NCBI RefSeq assembly: GCF_000091665.1
Contig: NC_000909.1
Location: 674,048 to 706,047, forward strand
Length of the DNA: 32,000 nucleotides
Reading direction: 5' to 3'
DNA from: Methanocaldococcus jannaschii DSM 2661
Lineage (GTDB): Archaea; AGJL01; Methanococci; Methanococcales; Methanocaldococcaceae
The notes under the pieces are model-generated. The model ran no database searches. It saw nothing but the letters and a program-made list of their open reading frames with translations, and was not told the DNA's origin. Shown here piece by piece: positions 1 through 8,995 of the stretch (positions are counted from its first letter, which is position 1; the number at the start of each line of letters is the position of its first letter). A program made the position numbers and the translations under genes.

Positions 1-887
1 ACAACATCAATTCCCTCACTCATTAAACCCTCTGCAAATGCATGAGCCATCTTTTGTGTTGAGTAGTGCATAGTATCATAAACGATAACTGCCTTATCCT
101 TAGCTGCTTTACCAGTAGCAAAGTCTTGATATGCCTTAATAACTTTCATTGGGTCTGTCCATATCTGCCCGTGTGATGGGGCAATCATTTTTATCTTTTC
201 TAATAATCCCAACTGAATAACTTCCTCAAATTTCTTTAATACAAGCTTTGACAGTGGAGTAATTAAATTAGCATAAAACTTCTGGTTTGCATCCATTAAC
301 ACATACTCTGGAATATCTTTATCAAATCTCTTGTGTGCTGGGAAGCAGAGATGCTGTCCAAATGCATCGTTTGAGAATAAAATTCCCCCTTCGTTGTAGA
401 AGGTAAACATACTATCTGGCCAGTGTAATAGAGGAGCTTCTAAGAATGTTAATGTCTTTCCTCCTAAATCAACTGTATCTCCTGTATGAACAACCTTAAA
501 TTGAGCGTCTTTTAATGATGGATAGTGCTTTTTAAGTCCCTCAACAGCTACCTCAGTACAGTATATTGGTGCATCTGGGAATTTTTTGTGTATTTCAGGG
601 AGAGCTCCACTGTGGTCTTTTTCTACGTGGTTTTGAACGATTACATCAATTTTAAATTCCCTCCCCTCTTTTTCAAATGCATCTTTTATCCTCCCCCACA
701 TTTGAGCGGAGGTTCCTGGGTATGTGTTGTCTATTAAAGCAACTTTTTCATCTCCAAAGACTAAATAGGCATTGTATGTTGTTCCTTTTAATGTGTAGCC
801 GTGATACATTCTTATGTCCCAGTCTAAAACCCCCACCCAATATACACCATCAGCTATTTTGCTGCGTCTGCTTTCATATTTTTTCAC
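1..887 (-). CDS. fprA: Flavodiiron protein / A-type flavoprotein (F420H2 oxidase FprA-like), 3' end outside window
   Basis: Manual translation of the minus strand: [58 protein letters not shown]...[13 protein letters not shown]...[10 protein letters not shown]...APSHGQIW. This has the metallo-beta-lactamase diiron motif HxExDH and the start of the flavodoxin domain ([15 protein letters not shown]). GTG start at 887. Missing from the ORF track because it is truncated at the window edge. Confidence 0.93.
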   Translation of the reverse strand, partial: MKKYESRRSKIADGVYWVGVLDWDIRMYHGYTLKGTTYNAYLVFGDEKVALIDNTYPGTSAQMWGRIKDAFEKEGREFKIDVIVQNHVEKDHSGALPEIHKKFPDAPIYCTEVAVEGLKKHYPSLKDAQFKVVHTGDTVDLGGKTLTFLEAPLLHWPDSMFTFYNEGGILFSNDAFGQHLCFPAHKRFDKDIPEYVLMDANQKFYANLITPLSKLVLKKFEEVIQLGLLEKIKMIAPSHGQIWTDPMKVIKAYQDFATGKAAKDKAVIVYDTMHYSTQKMAHAFAEGLMSEGIDV

Positions 888-1099
888 CTTTAATTATATT
901 TGTAGTTATTAGTTATTTTATTATCAGTTATTTATTTTATTGTGTAAGTAGTATAAGAACTTAACTATTCGAATTTCAACATATCTATTTAAATACCTCT
1001 GCTAAATTTGAAAATACTATTTCACAATATAAATAAAATTTACTTAAAGATTTATATAAATTGTTTTAATTTTATTTTTCAAATATGTGTATATTGGAA

Positions 1100-1783
1100 T
1101 TATTCTTTTTTAGTATTTTTAGTAAAAGCTGAAAAAGATAATGCTCCTTTTTTACATACACTCATGCATTCAAAACATCTTATACACTCCATCTGGTCTA
1201 TTTTTTCTGTTATTTTTATCTGCATTGGACATTTTCTTTCACACAATCTACAACCTACACATTTATTTTCATCAAGTTTCAGTTTAAAGATTGAGAATCT
1301 CGCAAATATACTCAACAAAGACCCCACTGGACAAACATATCTGCAGAAGAACATTGGATAAATAAATCCTAAAACTAAAAATAAAGCCAACAGCAGATAT
1401 GCCAATGTATATCCAGAGATTTTAACTCCAGATAGGTATGCTAAAACCACTAAAATTAGCACAACATACTTAAAATAAATTAATTTATTGTGAATTTTCT
1501 CATCAACTGTTGGTAGTTTTTTTAATTTAAAGAGTTTTACCCTCAACTCATAAACTAAATTAAATAAAAATCCAAATGGACACATCCATCCACAAAAAAC
1601 CCTTCCAGCAATAAACGCCAATACTATAGCGATGATTTTTGTTATTATAGTAGCTAATATCCTATCTCCTATAATAAATCTCTTAATAAATCCTACAATA
1701 CTCAAATAAAAACCAGTAACTATTAAAGCTCTCACAAAAAATAATGTTTGAGATATTTTCCTCAATATTTGTATTTTATTCAT
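1100..1783 (-). CDS. NapH-like polyferredoxin membrane protein (4Fe-4S)
   Basis: ORF with TM segments, CGWMCPFG, CRYVCPVG, and two ferredoxin motifs (CVGCRLCERKCP, CIRCFECMSVCKK). Likely start is the internal MNKIQILRKI rather than ORF start 1840. Confidence 0.85.
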   Translation of the reverse strand: MNKIQILRKISQTLFFVRALIVTGFYLSIVGFIKRFIIGDRILATIITKIIAIVLAFIAGRVFCGWMCPFGFLFNLVYELRVKLFKLKKLPTVDEKIHNKLIYFKYVVLILVVLAYLSGVKISGYTLAYLLLALFLVLGFIYPMFFCRYVCPVGSLLSIFARFSIFKLKLDENKCVGCRLCERKCPMQIKITEKIDQMECIRCFECMSVCKKGALSFSAFTKNTKKE

Positions 1784-1945
1784 AAGATTCACCATAAAAC
1801 CCCAATTATCAAACTTTATAATATAAACTCTGGAATCCAAAATATAAAAAGATTTTTAGCCAGATATTTTAAAAATAGGAGGATAAAAATTAGATAAATC
1901 TAATAAAAAATTTGTATAATTGTTAATAAAAAATAGAAGTTTTTA

Positions 1946-2662
1946 TTAACTTCTCTTTTTGAATGCATAAGAAAAGGACAAGGCATCTTTTTTACAGCTA
2001 CTTTTACATTCAAAGCATCTTATACATTCCTTTTGGTCAAGTTTTTCAGTTATTTTTATTTGCATTGGACATTTAAACTCACAAAGTTTGCATTTAACAC
2101 AGTTGTTATTGGTTTTTAATTGAAAGAATGGTTTTATTGAAAATATTGATAAAAACGCTCCTAAAGGGCAGAAATATCTACAAAATGCCATCGGAACAAA
2201 GAAGGATAGGCTTAAAAAGAAAATCAATATTATAAGGGATATAACTGTTCCGTAAAGATTCGTTAAAAATCCAATTGGACAGACTTGACAGAATGCATAG
2301 ATTGAAAGATAGTAAGTTAAAACTAAAGACAGAATTAAAACAACATATCTTAAATATATCAGCTTGTTATGAACTTCCTCATTAACTGTTGGTAATTTCT
2401 TTTTCATAAATAACTTCATCCTTAATTTATACATTAGCTCAAATAAAAATCCTAATGGGCACATCCATCCGCAAAAAACCCTTCCCAATATTAAAGTTAA
2501 AACAACAATAACAACCAACTTAGCTATCAACTGTCCAACACTTCCCTTTAAAATAAACTTCTCAATTATCCCAAAAAAACATAAACAAAAACTTGTCAAA
2601 AATACAAAATAAATAAAAAATAATGTTTGAGAGATTTTCCTCAATATTTGGATTTTATCCAT
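1946..2662 (-). CDS. NapH-like polyferredoxin membrane protein, paralog of the adjacent gene
   Basis: MDKIQILRKISQTLFF..., CGWMCPLG, CRYFCPLG, CVKCKLCEFKCP, CIRCFECKSSCKK. Colinear with the 1100-1783 product. Confidence 0.87.
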   Translation of the reverse strand: MDKIQILRKISQTLFFIYFVFLTSFCLCFFGIIEKFILKGSVGQLIAKLVVIVVLTLILGRVFCGWMCPLGFLFELMYKLRMKLFMKKKLPTVNEEVHNKLIYLRYVVLILSLVLTYYLSIYAFCQVCPIGFLTNLYGTVISLIILIFFLSLSFFVPMAFCRYFCPLGAFLSIFSIKPFFQLKTNNNCVKCKLCEFKCPMQIKITEKLDQKECIRCFECKSSCKKDALSFSYAFKKRS

Positions 2663-2860
2663 TTACAACCACCGTCCTCCACTATGTAGGTGTTTATAGA
2701 TTTTAAGTAATCTCTTGTATTGGTTCTCCCGTTCTGTCCTCTTTTAATAAGAGGACTTCATCAGGGAGCGTTCGGGGGAACGGAAACTCCCCACATCCTG
2801 ACTTTTCTTAAATAAATTAAATGTAGCAACAACATCCCTATCAAATACTAAATTACAATT
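2663..2860 (-). ncRNA. Candidate omega-RNA (reRNA) overlapping the tnpB 3' end
   Basis: Perfect 8-bp hairpin GTCCTCTT-N5-AAGAGGAC at 2736-2756 spanning the stop codon, CGTTC-N4-GAACG hairpin near 2766-2780, GGGGAG...TTCCCC pairing, and the C-terminal coding signature VGSFRSPERSLMK seen in IS605 TnpBs. Confidence 0.4.
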
Positions 2861-3894
2861 ATTGCATTTTAACAACCTCTGCCCATTCGGGTCTAATTTA
2901 CACCCACATATTGGGCAGAGTTTGGACGTTCTTGAGGGATTTACATATTCAACATCTAAACCATCCCACTTTGCCTTGTACTCAATAAAAAATTGGAGTT
3001 TGGAAAAATTCCATCTGTTTAATCTTCTCCTAAAATTTTTTGATTTTTTATTAACTGCCTCCCTGATATTTGTTAAATCCTCCATTAGTATCTTTACATT
3101 GTATTTTAATGCCTCTGAAATCAGAAACTTTGAAATTTTGTGTAAGTAATCCTCAACTTTTCTTTTTTCCCTTCCAGAATATTTTTCCATGAGAGTTTTT
3201 AACTTCATTGGTTTATTGGAAAGCTTCTTTTGTATTTTCTCCCTCTTTTTTGAGAAATTCTCATGAATTCTCTTTAACTTATACACATCTAAACGGGTTG
3301 TCTTAATGACGTTTCCATCTTTATCAAAAATTGAGTATGTAATATTCTTTTCATTGATGTCAATTGTCATGATATGTTCAAAATTTTTAGGATTAACAAC
3401 TTTTTTGAATGGGATTATAATAGAATCTTTCTTAATAATCACTTCTCCAATTTTGAAGTTTCCATTTTTCCACTCTTCAATAAATTTTTTCTGATAATCA
3501 CTAACAACTAAATTTATAGTGATAAATTTTCTTGGTGCAGTGATAATTTTTATTTTATCCCCCTCGAATTTAAACAGCATTTCCTCAAGTTTTACAAAAT
3601 CTTTCTTAACTTCTGGCTTATCCTTTTTTGTTAAACCTTTCCTCTTCCTCTTTCTAAAATTTTTTAAATTGATGTTGCTACTCTACAAGCAGAGTGACAG
3701 TAATGAGTATGATATTTTGGATACCATTTTTCCTTCCATTCATTATATATTGCCTTTCTTAATTTTGCGTAAGAAGTAATTCCCAGCTCCATTGCCTTAT
3801 CAATGCAAAAATTAACCATTTCTTTAAAATCATATATTAACTCAACAACATCTGAATAATACTTAAATTCGATGGCTTTAATTACTTCCATCAT
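2744..3894 (-). pseudogene. tnpB: TnpB (IS605 OrfB) with a frameshift; RuvC-like RNA-guided nuclease family
   Basis: N-terminal ORF 3664-3894 (MMEVIKAIEFKYYSD...THYCHSACRVATSI) and C-terminal ORF 2744-3580 extended upstream in frame by KNFRKRKRKGLTKKDKPEVKKDFVKLEE. RuvC-like TIDINEKNITYSIFD, ILMEDLTNI, Zn finger CPICG/CNNC, DRDVVATFN. A single-base indel near an A6 run (minus strand, about 3660-3666) joins the two. Confidence 0.85.
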
Positions 3895-4014
3895 CCATCA
3901 ACTCCTTTTTATAGTTTCTTTGAGTTTTTTCACCTTATGACTTCTCATTCCATACGAAAGACAGATGGTTTGCTCCCAATGAACCCAGAGGGAGTTAAGG
4001 TTGATGATTCCCAA

Positions 4015-4052
4015 GTCCAACATGGAGTTATGCCTATAACGTCATGTTGGAC
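4015..4052. repeat. Long perfect or near-perfect hairpin in noncoding DNA upstream of tnpB
   Basis: GTCCAACATG-ga-GTTAT-gcct-ATAAC-gt-CATGTTGGAC: 10-bp and 5-bp stems with a 4-nt loop. Confidence 0.85.
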
Positions 4053-4094
4053 AGACCCCTGTATTGAGCAGACTTAACTTATACTGATATACAG

Positions 4095-4727
4095 CTAAAA
4101 TTTGAACAACAAATCTCTTAAATTTATTGTTGAGAATAAAAAGGATACTATCTTATCCAATATTGTATTTCCCACTTTTTCATTTCCACTGTTGTTGTTA
4201 TTTAAATCTCTATTATTATCAATTGTATTGGTTGTATTTAGTTTAATCTTTCCCTCTTCAATCATACATTCAACAATAGCTTTTTTAATAACACTTGGAG
4301 GGATTCCATAAACTTCCTTAATCTCTCCAAAGGTTGTATCATCTGGAACATTAATATTCAACTTTTCCTTTAAACATTTTGGACTTATACCATATTTGTC
4401 ACAAACCTGTTTTATTGTATAGGATTTTAACTCTTTACCTGAGATACCAACATACTCATTAATCAATTCCTCTGTTAATTCTAAACTACTCACATTACTG
4501 GTCTTTATCTCTTCCTCGTTGTTTGTTGTTTTTATTGTTGTTGTGGGAGGGGGCTCACTATGGTCGCAAATTCCATTGTGGTTTGTATCAATGTATCTTC
4601 CACACTCCCCCGGATAGGTGCAATTTACCCTTCCATAAGGGCAGTCATTCCATGCAAAAGATAAGGATAAAATGGAAAAAAGCAGAAGAATTGCTACTAT
4701 TTTATTTATAATTTTCATATTCTTCAC
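4095..4727 (-). CDS. Hypothetical exported protein with a [10 protein letters not shown]-type acidic loop
   Basis: Signal peptide ([18 protein letters not shown]), Cys motifs, [21 protein letters not shown]-terminal domain [41 protein letters not shown]...[14 protein letters not shown]. Confidence 0.7.
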
Positions 4728-5281
4728 CTATTCATTCCCCTCTCCGTAGAACTGCTTATTATTTCTTCATATTCTTCCTTACTTATGTATTGAGGAGTAT
4801 AATTAGAACCATAATTATTAAGCATTCTAACAAATGCCCTCATGTGGTTTCTTGAACCTTTCATTAAATTTTCATAAACAAATTTTATATCCTCATTGTC
4901 TGTCTTGTTTATCCATTTTTCTAAATCAGCAATATCTAAATCTTCAATAGTAGCTCCAACTTTTAATGCATCAACTTCTGATTTATCACCTTTCTCAACT
5001 AACTTTTTATATAGTTCCTCAAATTTTGGGTTTGAAAATACTCCAATACTATCATTTTTAACTGGGTCTGGGATGTTGTATTTTTCTAAGAGATATTTAA
5101 CTGCATCCATGTGTGTTTGCTCACTTTCAGCAATGTTCTTAAATATCTGTAATTTCCATTTATTATATAGCGTTAAATAAACATCTCTCGCTAATTTCTC
5201 CTCTTCCCTCATCTCAATGAGTCCCTCTTTTTCCTCTTCACTTATTGGTTGTTTTGGTAATGAGCTTATATATTCAAGCAT
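4724..5281 (-). CDS. DUF2202-type ferritin-like domain protein
   Basis: [52 protein letters not shown] matches the DUF2202 ferritin-like signature; overlaps the next gene by 4 bp. Confidence 0.82.
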
Positions 5282-5292
5282 TAGTGAGTCGT

Positions 5293-5490
5293 TTATATCT
5301 CATTTGAATCAACAAATCTTCCTTTTCCCGCTCCATTTCCAAGCCCATTTCCAACTTGGGTATTTTGCTGATTATTTTGAGTAGTTTGAACATTTTGAGC
5401 TGTTTCTGTATTCTGATTTACACATCCAGAGAATAAGACCAGTGAAGATATTACTAAAAATACTACCAATATCATCGCTATTTTTTTCAT
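5293..5490 (-). CDS. Small lipoprotein-like exported protein
   Basis: MKKIAMILVVFLVISSLVLFSGCVNQ... lipobox-like (LFSGC) followed by an N/Q/T-rich region. Internal ATG 5490 preferred. Confidence 0.6.
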   Translation of the reverse strand: MKKIAMILVVFLVISSLVLFSGCVNQNTETAQNVQTTQNNQQNTQVGNGLGNGAGKGRFVDSNEI

Positions 5491-5567
5491 ATTTATCACC
5501 TTTAATGGTTGAGACAATCACATACATAACCATTTACAATAAAAAATAAAAAAATGAGATGAAATAT

Positions 5568-6596
5568 TTATTGAATTGTACTGTTTATTCTCTGATGATA
5601 TATGTGTGGAGCATTAATTCCCCCAATACCTCCTCTACTAGTATTTAATTCATTAGTAAGATTATTTATATTTTGATGATAGATGTGTGAAGCATTTTTA
5701 TTTTCTTGGATTTTACCTCTTTTCATTTTACTCCACATTGGATGTAAGTGCAATTTAACCCTAACCATCTGCTCCTCCTGAAGTTGAACCATTATTCTAT
5801 ATGCTTCCTGATATCTATTCTGTTCCATTAATTGTTCAACTTCTTTCAACTTCTCCTCTAAGTCAGTGACATTAACACCCATTCTCTTCAACATGAGGAT
5901 TCTTCTTTCCATTATTCTTATTCTATTTTGTAGCATTAACTTAACTTTAACTTTTGGGATTTGTTTAATTTCAATTTTCAACCCATTCTTTTGCAATTTC
6001 AACATCAATTTTGAATAGTTACAGAATGGACAAATTGGATTTTCAATAATTTCAACTTTATTTATTCTTAATTGCAATTTTTGTGGTTCAACACTTAAAT
6101 TTACTCCATTAGTTAATAAGACTAAACAGGTTCCGTTCTTTATTAATCCCATTGTTTCATTTAAAGCAATATCATCAAATCCATGGCAAACGCAGACAGT
6201 TGTATTATTTCCAAAAGCATATCTAAATTGATTTTGGAATCTTAAGGTTACATTAGCGTTTGTTTCATATCTATTACTTCCTCCAATTCTCTCAACAGTT
6301 ATTCCAACATTCTCTAAGGCAGTTGTGTAATTTTCAACTACTGCCAAAGGTCCTCCTATAATTATTACTTTATCTGGATTTAGTGCTAATATTTCATCAA
6401 TTAAGCTTTCGTTGTAGATTCCCCATTCAGTTGTTATTACAGTAGCGTTTAAAGCATCTGCAACCTCTAAGGCAGTGCATTGGTCTGCACAGTTGTCACT
6501 TACTAAAACCACATCTGTTGCAGAAATTGATGGGATTGCTACCGCTGAAACTAACGGAATCGCCATTAGCAGTAGCAACATCAGTTTTTTCCACAT
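5568..6596 (-). CDS. Exported protein with a CWB2-like (cell wall binding repeat 2) domain and charged C-terminal coil
   Basis: Signal peptide LMLLLLMAIPLVSAVA; VVLVSDNCADQCTALEVADALNATVITTEWG...NPDKVIIIGGPLAVVENYTTALENVGITVERIGGSNRYETN resembles PF04122. Confidence 0.75.
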   Translation of the reverse strand: MWKKLMLLLLMAIPLVSAVAIPSISATDVVLVSDNCADQCTALEVADALNATVITTEWGIYNESLIDEILALNPDKVIIIGGPLAVVENYTTALENVGITVERIGGSNRYETNANVTLRFQNQFRYAFGNNTTVCVCHGFDDIALNETMGLIKNGTCLVLLTNGVNLSVEPQKLQLRINKVEIIENPICPFCNYSKLMLKLQKNGLKIEIKQIPKVKVKLMLQNRIRIMERRILMLKRMGVNVTDLEEKLKEVEQLMEQNRYQEAYRIMVQLQEEQMVRVKLHLHPMWSKMKRGKIQENKNASHIYHQNINNLTNELNTSRGGIGGINAPHIYHQRINSTIQ

Positions 6597-6612
6597 TTTC
6601 TCACCTCAAATA

Positions 6613-6804
6613 TTATTTTTGTTTAAAAGGAATATAAGCTTTACTGTTATTTTTGTTATTACTTTTTAATAACCATTTAAGTGTTAGTAGGACTATAATG
6701 ATTCCTCCAATTAAAAGAATTATCCAAAATATCATCCAGAAAATCCAAATAAAAGCAAATGGAAATGGTGAAAAGAAAGCATGATGATAACAACATATTG
6801 GCAT
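6613..6804 (-). CDS. Small single-TM hypothetical protein
   Basis: 63 aa with a hydrophobic WIFWMIFWIILLIGGIIIVLLTL segment; sits in a same-strand gene run. Confidence 0.5.
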   Translation of the reverse strand: MPICCYHHAFFSPFPFAFIWIFWMIFWIILLIGGIIIVLLTLKWLLKSNNKNNSKAYIPFKQK

Positions 6805-6837
6805 ATGTCACACCATAAATATTTTATTTTTTTGTTA

Positions 6838-7248
6838 TTATTGTTGCCAGCAACAACATCCACAATGGCAATGACATCCATATCCTCCTCTCATCCCATA
6901 TCCGTAATGAGAGGCAGGATGATTCGTAAAGATGAATCCAACCAATTCTCTGTCATAGTATAGAGGATACTTCTCACCAAATGGTGTATTGAATGGCTCT
7001 CCAACCTCTAATTTACTTAAATCAACATCTTTCCATAAAACTCCAACTATTTTCCCATCTATCTCCAAGTGAGAGAGGTTATAACCAAACGGTGTTGTGT
7101 GCTGAACAACCTCTGCAGTTTTTAAAATATCAACTGGATTTATATCTGTATTTTCAGTTGTCTGAGTTTGATATGCCATCCATGGTGGAAAGGCATAAGC
7201 CATGCCTATCAATGCAATTCCCAATATTACCATTAATAGTTTTTTCAT
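6838..7248 (-). CDS. Hypothetical exported protein with a His/Cys-rich C-terminus
   Basis: Signal peptide MKKLLMVILGIALIGMAYA; C-terminus GYGCHCHCGCCCWQQ; preceded by an AGGTGA-like ribosome binding site. Confidence 0.75.
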   Translation of the reverse strand: MKKLLMVILGIALIGMAYAFPPWMAYQTQTTENTDINPVDILKTAEVVQHTTPFGYNLSHLEIDGKIVGVLWKDVDLSKLEVGEPFNTPFGEKYPLYYDRELVGFIFTNHPASHYGYGMRGGYGCHCHCGCCCWQQ

Positions 7249-7372
7249 TTTTTCACCTGAAGGGTAGTTATAGTATATGTATCTTTTTAACTACATATAG
7301 TAGTGTAAGAAAACAAATATATAAATTTTACTAAGTTGTGAAAATTATTGCACAACCATGAAAATAAAAAAT

Positions 7373-8107
7373 TTATTTTTTTAGGGCTTTTTCCACTACC
7401 TCAAATGCAATATAACCAGCCTTATGTAAAATAGTGTCTCCTAACTCTTTATCCATCTCCATACTGGCTAAACATGGATAGTTGTGGTGGGCATTTGCAA
7501 TCTCTTCCTTTAAATCATCTATAGCCTTTCCTTTCAATCTTTTGGCTATATAATAGGTTTCCCCACAGGGAGCAGAGATTTTAACCTTAACATCTTTAAT
7601 AAGGCCATTTTCAACTTCTATCTCCAATTCTGGCTTTCCTATCTTAAAGTAGTCAATAAATTTATTTATATATTCATTACCCTCTTTCTTCTCCAATGAA
7701 CAGAAGGGTTTTGGGTTTTCGAACTCAATATTATAGTTGCTGCAAACTCTCTTTAAATCTCTCCTCAATGCCAAAGACAAATCATGTGGTGTTTCAGAAG
7801 GAACAATTAAAGCTTTATATCCCTTTTCTTTTAACAGTAGAGGAAGTTCATACAACAAATCTTCATGTAGTTGAGCTATACAAATATCCCCCTCTGGGAG
7901 TTCTGGAAGGTAATCGTAAGGGTTATCAACAAACTCCTCATAAACTTCCTCAATAACGATATTTTTCACATTATTCTTAAAAGTCCAGTTTCCTCTGCAA
8001 TTGTAACAATCATCACAAATTCTACAAAAATCTGGTTCATTCAAAAGGTTTTTATAGAATTTCTCCATTCTTTGATTATTTTTGTGGTAAATAAAAACTG
8101 CCCTCAT
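7373..8107 (-). CDS. DUF166-like conserved methanogen protein
   Basis: MRAVFIYHKNNQRMEKFYKNLLNEPDFCRICDDCYNCRGNW... ATG at 8107 fits better than ORF start 8155. Family assignment from memory. Confidence 0.6.
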   Translation of the reverse strand: MRAVFIYHKNNQRMEKFYKNLLNEPDFCRICDDCYNCRGNWTFKNNVKNIVIEEVYEEFVDNPYDYLPELPEGDICIAQLHEDLLYELPLLLKEKGYKALIVPSETPHDLSLALRRDLKRVCSNYNIEFENPKPFCSLEKKEGNEYINKFIDYFKIGKPELEIEVENGLIKDVKVKISAPCGETYYIAKRLKGKAIDDLKEEIANAHHNYPCLASMEMDKELGDTILHKAGYIAFEVVEKALKK

Positions 8108-8161
8108 AAACTCTCCCCTACAATTTTTATAAAAAGAATTGATGTTTAATACCAAAAATTT

Positions 8162-8605
8162 TTAAACTTTCTTAAATATTAACTTCACTTTTTCTTCAGT
8201 TTCTGGAACTACATCTGATAGCATCAATCTGCAGTTATTACTCACACTATAAATTTCTGAAAGCAAATACATAAATGGACATACATATGGCTTTAAGTTT
8301 TCTTCCATTAATTTTTTGAGGAAGAGGTCTAATGTGGGATTTATAACTTCAAATATTACTTTTTTATCTTCTTCAACAATATTCAAATCCTCAGATAGCC
8401 CAAAAGTATTCACAAATAAATTTTTAATCTCCTCATTACTCATGTTTTCCTTTATAAAACCCAAATCTTTAAGTAGTTTTATCATCTCATAAGATGCTCT
8501 CCTTCCTAAAACCTTTCCTCCATCCCCCATAACATCATATATTGCCTTATTTATGCTGTAATAAAGAGCAGAGACAAATAAACTATCAATTCCTTTTTTG
8601 TTCAT
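8162..8605 (-). CDS. Conserved hypothetical protein
   Basis: MNKKGIDSLFVSALYYSINKAIYDVMGDGGKVLGRRASYEMIKLLKDLGF...; internal ATG 8605 preferred. Confidence 0.65.
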   Translation of the reverse strand: MNKKGIDSLFVSALYYSINKAIYDVMGDGGKVLGRRASYEMIKLLKDLGFIKENMSNEEIKNLFVNTFGLSEDLNIVEEDKKVIFEVINPTLDLFLKKLMEENLKPYVCPFMYLLSEIYSVSNNCRLMLSDVVPETEEKVKLIFKKV

Positions 8606-8648
8606 GATATCAATCCCAAAAATACCTCTACTACATACCAATTATATT

Positions 8649-8981
8649 TTAAAACAAAATAACATTCCCTAAAGCCAATATAAACATCATTCCCATTAAA
8701 GCTAAATGAGCTGAATATATTCCAGTATTTTGAAACTGGGTCTTTAATATATTGCATATAGTTGGGCAAACTGTTAAAGGAGTTATTACTTGAAATGCTA
8801 TTGCTAAATAACCTATTATATTATTGCTTATAAATAATGACGCCAATGTTAATATAAAAGCTATCATTAAAGATGCAAAGTGTGGCATTAACCTCATTCC
8901 TGTCAATCTAAATGTGGCAAATCCTGAAAGCATTGCTCCAAATATTACAGATAGAGAAACTAAACTTATTATCTCGTTCAT
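8649..8981 (-). CDS. Hypothetical integral membrane protein
   Basis: About four hydrophobic segments (IISLVSLSVIFGAMLSGFATFRL..., LMIAFILTLASLFI..., ALMGMMFILALGNVILF); just downstream of the TusA/DsrE gene. Confidence 0.65.
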   Translation of the reverse strand: MNEIISLVSLSVIFGAMLSGFATFRLTGMRLMPHFASLMIAFILTLASLFISNNIIGYLAIAFQVITPLTVCPTICNILKTQFQNTGIYSAHLALMGMMFILALGNVILF

Positions 8982-8995
8982 TATCTCACCCTTTT

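Larger units (their letters stand above)
2663..4080 (-). mobile_element. IS200/IS605-family tnpB-only element (approximate limits)
   Basis: Contains a TnpB-type gene plus noncoding flanks with hairpins. No TnpA found. Ends are not defined by sequence comparison. Confidence 0.5.

Noticed and set aside
525-964. Plus-strand ORFs 525-737 and 677-964.
   Set aside because: They are antisense to the strongly supported fprA reading frame and have low-complexity hydrophobic or aromatic composition without domains.
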